DNA of 64,000 bases. It comes from an uncultured Veillonellaceae bacterium. GTDB taxonomy: Bacteria > Bacillota > Negativicutes > JARBTT01. This document shows, in pieces, positions 34,071-45,472 of the stretch; the first letter of the stretch is position 1, and every line of letters begins with the position of its first letter. Below the pieces are notes generated by a model. It ran no database searches, was not told the DNA's origin, and saw only the letters and a program-made list of their open reading frames with translations. Location of the stretch: the NCBI GenBank assembly GCA_963805085.1, contig CAWDTA010000005.1, forward strand, positions 352,001 through 416,000. The letters run 5' to 3'. Made by a program: the position numbers and the translations under genes.

Positions 34071-35183
34071 ATGAATCATAGACAATTGGGAATGGGGTAC
34101 GGTGGTAATTTATTGCTTGGTAGTGATATGGGGAGGCAAAGGACAATGCGTAGAAAAGTAGGTAAAGCAATATTGTTGATCTTAGTAGGTTTATTATTGG
34201 TAGCAGTTTCGTTGACTGGTTGTAGTAAGTCAAAGGAGGTTGCGAAAATCAATGTTGGCTTGTTGAAACTTACGAGCTCGGCTCCAATTTTCATTGGTAT
34301 TGAAAAAGGATTTTTTAAAGAAGAAGGCTTGGATCTAGACATTGAGTGGTTTGAAGCTGCTCAACCAATTGCTGTCGCTACAGCATCTAACAAAGTTGAC
34401 ATTGGTGCGACGGGTATCACAGCTAGCTTGTTTAATATGGTTGGCACTGGTCAGTCATTAATGATTGTGGCCGACAAGGGGCGTGAGCATACTGGATATT
34501 CTTCCTCGGCTCTTTTAGTGAGAAAAGATCTGTGGGAACAAGGTATACGAAAAATTGAAGACCTAAAAGGTAAGCGCATTGGTATTACCCAGACGGGATC
34601 AACTTTTCATTATATGATAGGACGACTGTTGGAGGAAAAGGGCTTAACCTTGAATGATGTGGAAATTGTTTCCCTTGGAAAAATTGGTGCTCTAATGGCC
34701 AGCTTACAAAGTGGGCAGGTAGATGCGGTTATTTTGAATGAACCTAATATAAGTAAAGTGGAATCAGCTGGTTATGGTAAAATTCTATCTCAAGTAGGGG
34801 ATGTTATGGATTATCAGACCTCAGCCATATTTTTTTCACCCAAGTTCGTTAAGGATACAAGCGTAGGTATAAAATTTCTAAAAGGATATATTAAATCTAC
34901 TCGTTACTATTATGATGCTGTACTAAATTCGAAAGAGGGTAAAGTTGTGCCTGGTACAAACTATGATGAAGTCATCAATATTATTGCTAAGTATACAGGA
35001 GTTCCTTTGGAGGACGTAAAATCTGGATTACCATACCTTGATCGTGACGGGAAACTGTTAAGTCAGGATATCCAAACCCAGATTGATTGGTATGTAAGCC
35101 ACAAAATGATTGATAAGCCGATCAGTAGTTCTCAGGTCGTGAATGGGGATATGTGGGAAACGGCATTGAAAGAACTTAAATAG
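34071..35183 (+). CDS. ABC transporter substrate-binding lipoprotein (NitT/TauT/SsuA type; true start likely ~34146)
   Basis: Lipobox LTGC, KGFFKEEGLD, DLKGKRIG. Confidence 0.88.
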   Translation: MNHRQLGMGYGGNLLLGSDMGRQRTMRRKVGKAILLILVGLLLVAVSLTGCSKSKEVAKINVGLLKLTSSAPIFIGIEKGFFKEEGLDLDIEWFEAAQPIAVATASNKVDIGATGITASLFNMVGTGQSLMIVADKGREHTGYSSSALLVRKDLWEQGIRKIEDLKGKRIGITQTGSTFHYMIGRLLEEKGLTLNDVEIVSLGKIGALMASLQSGQVDAVILNEPNISKVESAGYGKILSQVGDVMDYQTSAIFFSPKFVKDTSVGIKFLKGYIKSTRYYYDAVLNSKEGKVVPGTNYDEVINIIAKYTGVPLEDVKSGLPYLDRDGKLLSQDIQTQIDWYVSHKMIDKPISSSQVVNGDMWETALKELK

Positions 35184-35206
35184 GGCTTCTCGGGAGGATA
35201 TATATA

Positions 35207-35986
35207 ATGAAAGTAATCATTGAAGATATTCATAAAAAATTCTGCGTTCGAGATCAAGAAACCATTGCACTTGAGGATATTAACTTTACTATTGACGAAA
35301 AAGAGTTTGTCGTCTTAGTTGGTCCTAGCGGTTGTGGCAAATCTACACTTTTAAATATGGTGGGGGGGTTACTGAGTCCTACTTCAGGGAAAATCTATGT
35401 AGAAGGATTGAAGGTGGATCGGGATCCTTCTATTGGCATGGTATTTCAAGAAATAGGACTTTTCCCATGGCGGACTGTTAGGGAGAATATAGCGTTCGGG
35501 TTGGAAGCAATGGGACTGTCAAAAGGGGAACAGGTAGAGCGGGTACAATATTATACCGAGCTTGTAGGGTTAACGAATTTTAGTCATTCTTTTCCTCATC
35601 AACTTTCTGGAGGTATGCGTCAGAGAGTTGGAATCGCAAGGGCACTCGCTATTCAGCCTGACATATTACTCATGGATGAACCATTCTCGGCCCTTGATGC
35701 GCAATCGCGGACACTTATGCAGGAAGAATTGCTGAGAATTTGGAATCAGACCCAGCTGAGCACTCTATATGTGACACATAATATTCAAGAAGCGGTCTAC
35801 TTAGCTGACCGTGTTATTGTTTTGTCCCGACGTCCTGGCCGCATTAGCAGTATTATATCGATTGATTTACCTAAATTCGGACGAGATGACAGTAAATATG
35901 TAACTGAATTTAATAACTATGCCGAAGCGATTTGGCAGATGATACGCAAAGATGCGCAAGATGCCTTGCAGGAGGGGGACGAATAA
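35207..35986 (+). CDS. ABC transporter ATP-binding protein (TauB/SsuB type)
   Basis: GPSGCGKST, LSGGMRQR, LLMDEPF. Confidence 0.93.
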   Translation: MKVIIEDIHKKFCVRDQETIALEDINFTIDEKEFVVLVGPSGCGKSTLLNMVGGLLSPTSGKIYVEGLKVDRDPSIGMVFQEIGLFPWRTVRENIAFGLEAMGLSKGEQVERVQYYTELVGLTNFSHSFPHQLSGGMRQRVGIARALAIQPDILLMDEPFSALDAQSRTLMQEELLRIWNQTQLSTLYVTHNIQEAVYLADRVIVLSRRPGRISSIISIDLPKFGRDDSKYVTEFNNYAEAIWQMIRKDAQDALQEGDE

Positions 35987-36777
35987 TGACTTATCAGCGA
36001 GAAGTTGTCAATCGTTTAGCTTCTATTGAGAAAGAAGCATCCAAATGGGTCTCTGTAATGACGGTGCTTTTGCTATTAATAATATGGGAATTGGTGTGCC
36101 GTAGCGGATTTGTATCAGAATTGTTCCTGCCTGCGCCGACGAGGATTTTGCTTACTGGTTGGGATATGGTGATGAGTGGAGAATTACTTGTGAATGGCAA
36201 AGCTAGTTTAATACGTATACTGATTGGCTTTTTGAGTGGTAGTATTGCGGGCATTTTTCTTGGTCTATTTTTGGGATTTTCTAAATTAGCAGATGCCATG
36301 GGTAATCCCGTAATTTATGCTCTTTACCCCATTCCTAAGCTTGCCTTATTACCGTTAATTATACTCTGGTTGGGCATAGGCGAGTTATCAAAGATTTCGA
36401 TTATTGCATTGGGGGTATTTTTCCCAGTAGTGATAAATACCTATTCAGGAGTAAAAAATCTTGATCCACTACTGATAAAGGTAGCGGCTAGTTTTAAAAC
36501 GACTAAGTATAATATGATTCGGAAGGTAATTCTGCCAGGGGCAATGCCAATTATTTTTGCCGGATTAAAGCTTGCAGCTGGGACGGCACTGTTATTGTTA
36601 GTTGCCGCTGAGATGATTGCGGCGAAAGAGGGCATCGGAGCCATGATTTTACACTATGGTGATCTTATGCTTACAACTAAACTAATGGTAGGGATACTGA
36701 CGTTATCCCTGCTGGGAGTTATTTTTAATCATTTTCTGCAATGGGTAGAACGGCGTGTAATTCCATGGAAAAATTAA
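35986..36777 (+). CDS. ABC transporter permease (TauC/SsuC type)
   Basis: LPAP, PIPKLALLP, LVAAEM; ATG overlaps the previous stop. Confidence 0.9.
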   Translation: MTYQREVVNRLASIEKEASKWVSVMTVLLLLIIWELVCRSGFVSELFLPAPTRILLTGWDMVMSGELLVNGKASLIRILIGFLSGSIAGIFLGLFLGFSKLADAMGNPVIYALYPIPKLALLPLIILWLGIGELSKISIIALGVFFPVVINTYSGVKNLDPLLIKVAASFKTTKYNMIRKVILPGAMPIIFAGLKLAAGTALLLLVAAEMIAAKEGIGAMILHYGDLMLTTKLMVGILTLSLLGVIFNHFLQWVERRVIPWKN

Positions 36778-36789
36778 CTGTTACGACGA

Positions 36790-37229
36790 TGTATGTAGCA
36801 AAGGGATAGACCATTATACCCTGTCAAGGCTGTTTAGTTTGTCGTAAGACAGGACACTGCGTCATGCAAGACGATTTTCAGAACATGTTTAAACATGTTA
36901 TCAATGCCGATGTTGTGGTTTTCGGCTCGCTCGTATACATTTGGCAGGTTACAGCTCAAATGAAGCTGTTGTGGGATAGATTTTGCGGCTTGTTCGATGA
37001 AAACTACAAGCCTAGGTATGCCGCTAAAAGCCTGATCATGGTATATTCTCAAGGAAATCCAAATGCACAGGCTTTTCAAACATCCTTTCAAACCAATGAA
37101 GCTGTGCCTAAGATGTTTGGTTTACATGTAGTCGATACTATTTTGCTAACGGGCGGCGGAGACCCCAACACCGCAGCTAGTAATAAAGAACTTTTATTAA
37201 AAGCTTATGAAGCAGGGAAAGCAATTTAG
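36790..37229 (+). pseudogene. 5'-truncated iron-sulfur flavoprotein/flavodoxin-family gene
   Basis: PCQGCLVCRKTGHCVMQDDF in frame upstream of the called ORF; N-terminal strand missing. Confidence 0.7.
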
Positions 37230-37449
37230 CCGACCTGCAATAGTACGCTTCACGAAGTAACCGACCAACCGGGCTGGGCTCCCCAATTTCGGGCCCGTAG
37301 GTTCTGCTTCTTAATGGCATCTCTTGGAACCGAGTAGAATATTTTCATCAGGGTTTTGTCGCCGGGTAAATGCAATTAGTGTTGAGACATGGGAATAGAC
37401 AGGGGCTTGATTTTCCTCAGCGAACCGAAGCCCTATCCACCTTTATAAT

Positions 37450-37503
37450 AAATTCGCCGTTAGACCTGATGCGCAGAACCGTATCACTTATAATGGCTAA
37501 AAA
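37450..37503 (+). repeat. palindromic SCC/rlmH-like att site A
   Basis: AATTCGCCGTTAGACCTGATGCGCAGAACCGTATCACTTATAATGGCTAAAAT. Confidence 0.8.
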
Positions 37504-37669
37504 TGGCATGAGCCCTTATTTAATAGGGGAGCATGCCATTTTGTGGTAGCCTGAATTATATGAATAATCAATATGTAAAACATGTAGTGGCTTATTTATG
37601 GAATAATTCAGAAAGACATAGGAACGGTGGTACTTTAGTGGCCTTGTCGGGGTTCCATTGACATCCTTG

Positions 37670-38554
37670 TTATGGTGATTTATTTAATTTTGATGCTGCC
37701 ATCATATTATAAAATTGCTTAGGGGTAACACCGTATTCATTCTTAAAAGATCTGAAGAAATTTGAATAATCACCAAATCCAGATTGTTTGTAAACGCTAT
37801 TTATTGGATAGTCATTAAGAATTAGCTCTTTAGCAACAATTAATTTTTTCTGTACAATATACCTGTGAATTGTAGTACCTGTATGCTTAGAAAATTCCCT
37901 GGACAGATGGAATTTACTAAGATAAAACTCTTTAGAAAGTTCATCAAGGGTAATGTCTTCATCGATATGATTATTAATATACTCAATTATTCCTTCAATT
38001 AGATGGTTCTTCTGTACAGTAATATCTATGTCAGATTTATCGTTTAAAACGAGATTGTTTAAGTGTATGGCAATCTCTGTAATATAAGCTTTATAGAGCA
38101 AGTCTTTGCCGAAACCTTTGTAGTTATCAAGACTCAGAAGTTTATTGAGCTGTGTCCTTATGTTTTGGCGAAATTCAATGTCAGCTCTTATTACATTTTT
38201 TTTTACTAAGCTTTCAAAGCATAGGGGAAGATCAATTTCTGGTGTTGACAATTCCTGTAGAAAGGATTTGTTTATCCAAAGCACGATACGCTCATAGGGA
38301 GTCTTCATGCTATTAACAATTGCGTGATGAAGTTCTCTTGTATTAATTAATATAATGTCCCCTAATTGTAGATTATAGGATTTGCCTTCGATTAAAAACG
38401 TTACATCTCCAGACATATATAGATAAAGCTCATAAAAATCATGATGGTGTAAATATAGAAAAGGAAGATCAGCATTTAAAAAGTGAAAGACTTCATAATC
38501 ACGGGGAAGCATATGCTTTCGTGTCAAAAATTCATGGATGCCTTTTTTTTTCAT
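37670..38554 (-). CDS. AraC-family regulator
   Basis: Cupin HHHDFYEL, C-terminal HTH GFGDYSNFFRSFK..GVTP. Confidence 0.93.
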   Translation of the reverse strand: MKKKGIHEFLTRKHMLPRDYEVFHFLNADLPFLYLHHHDFYELYLYMSGDVTFLIEGKSYNLQLGDIILINTRELHHAIVNSMKTPYERIVLWINKSFLQELSTPEIDLPLCFESLVKKNVIRADIEFRQNIRTQLNKLLSLDNYKGFGKDLLYKAYITEIAIHLNNLVLNDKSDIDITVQKNHLIEGIIEYINNHIDEDITLDELSKEFYLSKFHLSREFSKHTGTTIHRYIVQKKLIVAKELILNDYPINSVYKQSGFGDYSNFFRSFKNEYGVTPKQFYNMMAASKLNKSP

Positions 38555-39156
38555 TATTATCTCCTCCTAATCAATTTGTATAAATTGATTTTAAATTTTC
38601 TGAATTATTCCATTACTGAATGGGTTTAATAGTGAAAAATAACTGTAATTAGTAGTGAGTGTTAGCGAAGCTTATCTATATTATATTTTGTAGAGCAATT
38701 TTTGCAAGTTTTTGAGCAATCAAAACATATTTTTTATATCTTTATACAGCTATGATTTAATTGTAATGTTTAAACTAAAATGAGTAAGAAGATTTACTTA
38801 ACATCACCTTGCCAGTTTAATGCAATGGAAGAAAAATTAAAAGAGCTATTATTAGTGTAGGTTATTATTGGGATGATATGTTTTTATGTGGATTCATCAG
38901 TAAGTAGCTTAGCAGATGAAAAACAGTAACTGTTTTTTAATTTTGATTTTTTGCTTAGAATATTCGAAATATAAAGAATGTTCGAATAAACAAGCAAGGG
39001 AAAAGTGCTAAATATATGCCATAAAATTTTTTTTCTGGTGGTGTCACTAGCTCTGGCGGGTACCGGAGTTTTCTTGAAACCGGGGATAATAAAGGACACT
39101 TACTGAAAGATAGATAATAATCAACCGAATAAAATGTGTTTACGAGGAGGGGTAAT

Positions 39157-41637
39157 ATGAATTTATTACAGATTGATGTTAATGATGATTTTATTGAAAT
39201 GCATACTGATGAAGCTTGGGTGCGAATGATATTTCTTAGCGCCGACATCTTTCGGGTACGGGTTTCTTGGAATGAAAAGTTTCTGCCCGATCGTTCGTAT
39301 ATTCTGGTAAAAACAGCATGGGAAGACGAATTAGACGAATTTATGAGCAGTGAAAGGATAAAAGTAAAACCATATGTAGCCCACCAGGAAGAAACAGCAG
39401 AAAATGTAATTTTTCATACTGACTCGTTAGAAGTCAGAATAAAGAAAGCACCATTTGCTATTTCTGTATATAACAAAAGCGGCGTGTGTCTACATGAAGA
39501 TGTTCCGGAAATTGCTTATGGCAAAGATCATTTGGGGCGTGTTTATCACTATAGTGTGAAACCACTTAATAATTGTTATTACGGTTACGGGGAAAAAACG
39601 GGATTTCTTAATAAAGATAAACGGCGTTTGCGTATGAGCAACAAAGATACGATTGGCTATGATCCACGTCAAGCTGATCCGCTTTACAAGCATATTCCGT
39701 TTTATATGGTGCTAAATAAAGAGAGTAAAACCGCTCATGGCATTTTCTATCATAATGCGTACGATTCTATTTTTGATATTGGCGCAGAACGTAGCGGCTA
39801 TTGGGCCCCTTATACTTATTTTGTGGCTGACGGAGGGGAAATGGATTGGTTTTTCTTTAACGGACCTACGGTTAAAGATGTTGTTGCCAATTATACAGAT
39901 ATTAGTGGAAAAACAGTGCTTCCTCCACGCTACAGCCTAGGGTATATGGGGTCAACGATGTATTATACCGAACTGCCGAAGAAATCTGATGAAGCAGTAC
40001 TTGGCTTTATTGCGCAAGCTAAAGAAGAAGATATTCCCTGTGAAGGATTCTTTTTGTCTTCCGGTTATACCAGCGGTAAGGATGGCAAACGATATGTATT
40101 TGAATGGAATGAAGCACGTTTTCCCAATCCAGCCGAATTTATTAGGCAGCTACAGCAAAATGGTGCAGAGCTATGTCCTAATGTTAAGCCAGGTATGCTG
40201 CTATCGCATCCGCAATACAAAAAATTTGCCGATGCGTCAGCATATATAAAGGATTCTAAGAAAGAGCGGCCGAGAATTGATCGTTTCTGGGGTGGGCCTG
40301 CATCCTTTATTGATTTTACTAATCCAAATGGACGTCAATTATGGAAGGAGGGGTTAAAAAATGCGCTCATCTCTAACGGAGTAGTGGCTATCTGGAATGA
40401 TAACTGCGAGTATGAGACGCAAGATGTAATGGCGGTATGTTATGGTGACGGCAAGCAAGAACCATTAGGAGGATTGCGTCCAATCATGTCAACGCTGATG
40501 GCGCGTATGGCGCACGAAGCAATGGCGGAATCCAGACCTGGTATTCGTCCTTATGTTTTGAACCGTGCTGGTTTTGCTGGGATTCAGCGGTATGCTTCGA
40601 CTTGGTGTGGTGATAACTGGACAAGTTGGGACAGTTTTAAATTTAATATCCCGACTATTTTAGGGATGGGCTTGTCTGGTGTAGCGAATCAAGGCAGTGA
40701 TATTTGTGGCTTTGCTGGACCGCGCCCTGAGCCTGAACTTTTAGTTAGGTGGATTCAGCAAGGAATTTTTCAGCCGCGATTTTGTATTCACTCTTGTAAC
40801 GATGACAACACAGTGACTGAACCCTGGATGTATCCGGACTATACTTCGTATGTAAGAGAAGCCCTTAAACTTCGTTATACCTTAATTCCATATTTATATT
40901 CCTTAATGTATCAAGCTTCAATTGAAGGAACGCCAATTATGCGCCCAATGTTGTACGAATTCCAAAATGACAGCAAGGTATATGAGGAAAGCTTTGATTA
41001 TATGTTTGGACCGAGCCTGTTGGTTGCCAACGTGCTGGAAAAGGGAGCGATCACACGGGATGTTTATTTGCCAGAAGGTACAATCTGGCGGGAATGGGGA
41101 ACTTGGCAGGTGTTTGCTGGTGGACAAGTCATTACTGTGGATGCACCGCTTGACAAAATACCGTTATTTATCAAAGTCGGTAGCATTATACCAATAACAG
41201 AAGGTATTACGAATTTAAGAACGCAGGAAATTACTAGGATTAAATACCTGATTGAACCAAGCGCTGATGGCGAGTTTACTATGTATGAAGACGATGGTTA
41301 TACTCAGAAATATAAAGATAAAGAATATCGTACAACACAGATTATTTGTACTGCTAAACAAGAAGTCTGCAATGTAGAAATTTCTCGTAGTGGTAATTAT
41401 CAAAGTCCTATAAATAGTGAAGAAATTCAAATGATTTGTCCTGAGAAAGCACCACTAGAAGTCCGAGTAAATGGACAGTTGTTGCAAAAAATTATGAATA
41501 TTGCTCATGGAAAACAAAACGAAAATGCTTGGTATTATGATACGCAAGCAGGTATTGCTTTTATTTCTTTACCTGAACAGCAAGAAAAGATAAGTGTAGA
41601 AGTATTGTTTGCAAGCAAAGATTTGATTTCGATTTAA
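39157..41637 (+). CDS. GH31 glycoside hydrolase (alpha-glucosidase/xylosidase family)
   Basis: LYKHIPF, IWNDNCE nucleophile, WCGDN acid/base, GSDICGF. Confidence 0.92.
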   Translation: MNLLQIDVNDDFIEMHTDEAWVRMIFLSADIFRVRVSWNEKFLPDRSYILVKTAWEDELDEFMSSERIKVKPYVAHQEETAENVIFHTDSLEVRIKKAPFAISVYNKSGVCLHEDVPEIAYGKDHLGRVYHYSVKPLNNCYYGYGEKTGFLNKDKRRLRMSNKDTIGYDPRQADPLYKHIPFYMVLNKESKTAHGIFYHNAYDSIFDIGAERSGYWAPYTYFVADGGEMDWFFFNGPTVKDVVANYTDISGKTVLPPRYSLGYMGSTMYYTELPKKSDEAVLGFIAQAKEEDIPCEGFFLSSGYTSGKDGKRYVFEWNEARFPNPAEFIRQLQQNGAELCPNVKPGMLLSHPQYKKFADASAYIKDSKKERPRIDRFWGGPASFIDFTNPNGRQLWKEGLKNALISNGVVAIWNDNCEYETQDVMAVCYGDGKQEPLGGLRPIMSTLMARMAHEAMAESRPGIRPYVLNRAGFAGIQRYASTWCGDNWTSWDSFKFNIPTILGMGLSGVANQGSDICGFAGPRPEPELLVRWIQQGIFQPRFCIHSCNDDNTVTEPWMYPDYTSYVREALKLRYTLIPYLYSLMYQASIEGTPIMRPMLYEFQNDSKVYEESFDYMFGPSLLVANVLEKGAITRDVYLPEGTIWREWGTWQVFAGGQVITVDAPLDKIPLFIKVGSIIPITEGITNLRTQEITRIKYLIEPSADGEFTMYEDDGYTQKYKDKEYRTTQIICTAKQEVCNVEISRSGNYQSPINSEEIQMICPEKAPLEVRVNGQLLQKIMNIAHGKQNENAWYYDTQAGIAFISLPEQQEKISVEVLFASKDLISI

Positions 41638-41682
41638 TAGCATTTAAATGGACTCAAAAATAAGTTGCGGGGGAGATAAAAA

Positions 41683-42960
41683 ATGGCTAAATTTAAACAA
41701 TTGCGTTGGTCAATGCTGGTCTTATTTATTACAGGCGTAACGATAAATTATATTACAAGGAACTCATTAGGTATATTGGCGCCCGAACTGGAACGTATTT
41801 TACATATGTCTACTCAAGAATATTCCTGGGTTGTTGCTGCGTTTCAAGCTGCGTATGCAATCTCTCAACCAATTTGTGGATGGGTGCTGGATTTTATTGG
41901 GTTGAAGGTCGGTTTCCTGTTTTTTGCTCTGGCCTGGTCGGTGGTTTGTATGCTTCATTCCCTGGTTACCAGTTGGGAAGCACTAGCCGGTTTGAGATTT
42001 CTCATGGGGGTTACTGAGTCTATTGCAGTACCTGCTAACTTGAAGATCTTAACCGATTGGTTTCCGTCTAAAGAAAGAGGAGTTGCTGCCGGATGGGCAG
42101 GTGTTGGATTTTCCTTCGGTGCCATGTTGGCACCTCCGTTAGTTGTTGCTATTAGCCTACAATATGGCTGGCAGGCGGCGTTTTTTGTAACTGGTTTTAT
42201 GGGATTAATCTGGGCAGGCATTTGGAAGATTTATTATAATAGCCCCAAGGATCACAAGTTGATTTCGCAAGAAGAAAAGGATTATATTTTAGATGAAGCG
42301 ACTGTAAGATCAAGAGAGCCATTAAAAACTAACCTTTGGACCAGTTTTAAAGAGATTTGCAAAGTGAAAAAATTCTATGGAATTGCTATACCTGCTTTTT
42401 TGGCTGAACCAGCATGGCAGACAATGAGTTTCTTTGTTCCTTTATATTTGTCGACAGAAAGAGGTATGAATTTAAAAGAAATTGCTTTATTTGCTTGGCT
42501 GCCGTTTTTAGCAGCCGACATTGGAAGTGCTGTTAGCGGCTATTTGGCAAAGATGTATCGTGGAAAATTTACTTTATCTAACAACAATGCTGCAATTTGG
42601 AGTTCCATATCAGGAGCCTGTCTTATGATTTCACTGACTTTCGTTCCTTTTGTGCATAGACCTTATGCAGCCATTGGTCTAATAGCGATTGGCGGGTTTG
42701 GGCACGCAGCGATTTCTGCAATGCTTGGTGTTTTGATTATGGAGAATTTCGAATCGAATCAGGTTGCTTCAGTCAACGGTATACGTGGCTTTTCAGCATG
42801 GACAAGCGCCTTTTTATTCTCCCTTTTGATTGGTGTAGTTGTACCGAAATTTGGATATAATCCTATATTTATTAGCATGGGTTTTTTTGATATAATTGGT
42901 GCGGGTTTTATGTTGTGGTTTATTTATGATAAAGGGGTAAAAGCCTTAAAGTCCAAGTGA
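41683..42960 (+). CDS. MFS transporter (ExuT/ACS-like)
   Basis: INYITRNSL, WFPSKERG; about 12 TM segments. Confidence 0.88.
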   Translation: MAKFKQLRWSMLVLFITGVTINYITRNSLGILAPELERILHMSTQEYSWVVAAFQAAYAISQPICGWVLDFIGLKVGFLFFALAWSVVCMLHSLVTSWEALAGLRFLMGVTESIAVPANLKILTDWFPSKERGVAAGWAGVGFSFGAMLAPPLVVAISLQYGWQAAFFVTGFMGLIWAGIWKIYYNSPKDHKLISQEEKDYILDEATVRSREPLKTNLWTSFKEICKVKKFYGIAIPAFLAEPAWQTMSFFVPLYLSTERGMNLKEIALFAWLPFLAADIGSAVSGYLAKMYRGKFTLSNNNAAIWSSISGACLMISLTFVPFVHRPYAAIGLIAIGGFGHAAISAMLGVLIMENFESNQVASVNGIRGFSAWTSAFLFSLLIGVVVPKFGYNPIFISMGFFDIIGAGFMLWFIYDKGVKALKSK

Positions 42961-43045
42961 TTTTTGCTAAATGGGTGTCTTAGAAATGGGGGTTCATCCT
43001 GTCTAGACATCCTTTTTTCAAAGACATGGGTCAAGACATTCAATA

Positions 43046-43103
43046 CATGGGGACGGAGGTATTGTCAGAAGGACTCTAAATGACAGTTCCACCGTCCCCG
43101 CTG
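43046..43103. repeat. REP-like GGGGACGG...CCGTCCCC palindrome
   Basis: GGGGACGGAGGTATTGTCA-N12-TGACAGTTCCACCGTCCCC; related halves at ~37617 and ~45800. Confidence 0.55.
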
Positions 43104-43249
43104 CTTGAGTGACTGACGTAAGCAAAGGAATTGTTGAGAAAAGCTAAGGAAGCACTATCTCCATCCCTATGTACTCTGTATTTCCTATTCGTGTATTTGT
43201 ATCATCTCACGATCACAACACAGTATGTCAGTGGGAACATATTAAGAAA

Positions 43250-43303
43250 AAATTCGCCGTTTGACCCGATACGCAGAACCGTATCATTTATAATAGCGAA
43301 ATA
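43250..43303 (+). repeat. palindromic SCC/rlmH-like att site B
   Basis: AATTCGCCGTTTGACCCGATACGCAGAACCGTATCATTTATAATAGCGAAAT; 5800 bp from site A. Confidence 0.8.
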
Positions 43304-43665
43304 GTTCCTGTTAACTTTTGTTAAAATTGGCAGGAACTATTGTGTTGTATGGCAAATATAGATATTATAATAAATAAATCGAAACTATTAAAATGAACAA
43401 TTGGTAAGATGTGACTCGGAAGAGTTTTAAGGCACAAAGGAAAAGAGCAATGTCTTAGGACAACAAAGCTGGTGTGTATTGCAGGGCCAACGGGGACAAA
43501 TTGATTGCCTCGAAGAATCAAGGATGCTATGGTATTAATCCTCTTAATAGGCATGATGAATGAAAAATTCCATGTGCTTATTAAGAGGTTTTCGCTTGCT
43601 TCCTTCGCCTATTATCGATTTGTATTAGCAGGAGTCTCGTACAATTATTTTTTTTTAGGTAATTA

Positions 43666-45093
43666 TTATACTGTAAGTTGTTTTTCTAAAGAAAGTGGAA
43701 TATGCAGTCTAATTGTAGTACCTTCGCCTGGTATACTTGTCAAGTCAATGACACTATCATGCTGCTCGGCAATATATTGTGCAATAGATAGACCGAGACC
43801 GGTTCCGACTGTGAGTTTTGAACGGGATGTATCAACCCAGTAAAAACGGTCAAAAATCTTAGATTGGCATTCTTGTGGTATGCCAATTCCGGTGTCTTGA
43901 GCCGTAATATCTAAGTAAATGCTAGTTCGGTATGAGACGATAGAAATTGTTCCACCGATAGGCGTATATTTGATACTATTTTCGATAAAAATTCGTAACA
44001 GTTGCTTGATAGAGGCAGAATTGGCATAAATAACAGCAGTATCATTTTTACTTAGAAGTATGCAGTGACTTGGGGCGATGAGGCGAGTTTCCTGTACGAC
44101 TTCTTCAATTAGGTTCTTTATATTAAAGTTGACCTTATTCTGAACCTGCTTACTCCGGTCGGCTCGTGCAAAAAAAAGTAACTTTTCAATAAGTTCATGC
44201 ATATTGGCTGCTTCAGATTTTATTGCACTAATTCCTTCATCTAATATATCTGGGTCTTGTTTACCCCAACGGTCTAGCATATTTGCATAGCCAATGATAA
44301 CAGTGACGGGAGTACGAAGTTCATGGGAAGCATCTGCAGCAAAACGTCGCTGTTGTTCAAAGCCTGTCTGAAGCCGATCTAACATATGATTTGTTTTCGC
44401 CAATTTGTGCAGTTCATTATTGTTATTGCTGACATCAATGCGCTTTCCAAGGTCATTAATATCAATCGCTTTAGCAAGGAAAGTTATATCGCGAATGGGT
44501 CGCAAAATGTTGCGGATGATAAATAGGCCTGACAAGATGATAATCAATAGTCCGAGGAGGCTGCTTATTTTCATGATAGTAGATAAACTTTCTAGAAAAT
44601 CTTCTTTTTCCGAGATTATTTTGAGAAAATGCAATTGGTATGTATGTTCATTGTGTTGTACCAATTGTTTTAGGTAATAAAAATGAGTATGGTTCACCGC
44701 GAAGGCTGGTGCTACTTCTTCACGGAGCAAAGTGTTTTCAAGTAGATGAACACCTTCCTGATCGTTCATCTGAAGTTGGTGAGTACTGAGTGTAGAAGGG
44801 GCATTGTCTAGTACCAATGTATTTTGCTCGTCGAAAACCCTGAGGATAATATCGGGTACAAGAATATTTTCATTTAATAAATGTTCATCCAGGGGATGAT
44901 CGGCTACTATGTAACTCATTACATTATTGGCACTCATTTTAAGGTCGTTTGACGCCTGGGAATACAAGATATATTGTACCCACCAGACTGAAATGAAACT
45001 GGTGATGAATAGAATACACAATGAAACTGCTATATAGAGTATTGATAATTTAATCGAATTTGGTAAGGTAATACTCTTAATCTTTGACCACAT
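43666..45093 (-). CDS. HAMP sensor histidine kinase (possibly decaying)
   Basis: ADASHELRTP H-box, ENSIKY, DTGIGI, GTGLGL. Confidence 0.88.
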   Translation of the reverse strand: MWSKIKSITLPNSIKLSILYIAVSLCILFITSFISVWWVQYILYSQASNDLKMSANNVMSYIVADHPLDEHLLNENILVPDIILRVFDEQNTLVLDNAPSTLSTHQLQMNDQEGVHLLENTLLREEVAPAFAVNHTHFYYLKQLVQHNEHTYQLHFLKIISEKEDFLESLSTIMKISSLLGLLIIILSGLFIIRNILRPIRDITFLAKAIDINDLGKRIDVSNNNNELHKLAKTNHMLDRLQTGFEQQRRFAADASHELRTPVTVIIGYANMLDRWGKQDPDILDEGISAIKSEAANMHELIEKLLFFARADRSKQVQNKVNFNIKNLIEEVVQETRLIAPSHCILLSKNDTAVIYANSASIKQLLRIFIENSIKYTPIGGTISIVSYRTSIYLDITAQDTGIGIPQECQSKIFDRFYWVDTSRSKLTVGTGLGLSIAQYIAEQHDSVIDLTSIPGEGTTIRLHIPLSLEKQLTV

Positions 45094-45472
45094 AGCCTAC
45101 TCCTCTGACCGTATGAATATAATTTTCTTCAAACTGCTCGTCTAGTTTGCTGCGCAAATAGCGAACATAGACATCTACTACATTTGTATTTCCTGTATAT
45201 TCATAACCCCAGGCCTCTTGTAGAATGTGTTCGCGATTGAGCACGATGTGCTAATTGCGGACCAGATATTCGAGGAGGCCATATTCTTTTTTTGTCAATT
45301 CCACGGGCTGTCCGCTGACCTGCGCTTCGTAACGGTTTGGAAATAGGACAAGATTTTTTACGTGTAATTTTCCTTCGTCGGCTATTTGGTGCTTACTCAT
45401 ATTTTTACGAAGTGTTGCACGGATTCGGGCTAGAAGTTCTTGAATGGCGAATGGTTTGGTTAGATAGTCATA
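45077..45472 (-). pseudogene. OmpR-family response regulator remnant
   Basis: DYLTKPFAIQELLARIR...NVVDVYVRYLRSKL...TVRGVGY; most of the receiver domain missing and an in-frame TAG. Confidence 0.85.

Noticed and set aside
37255-37440. GC-rich stretch before att site A as a possible riboswitch (c-di-AMP or TPP)
   Set aside because: Could not place the conserved motifs on either strand
38560-39130. Short ORFs in the AraC-GH31 intergenic region
   Set aside because: No recognisable motifs or RBS; likely promoter region or decayed DNA
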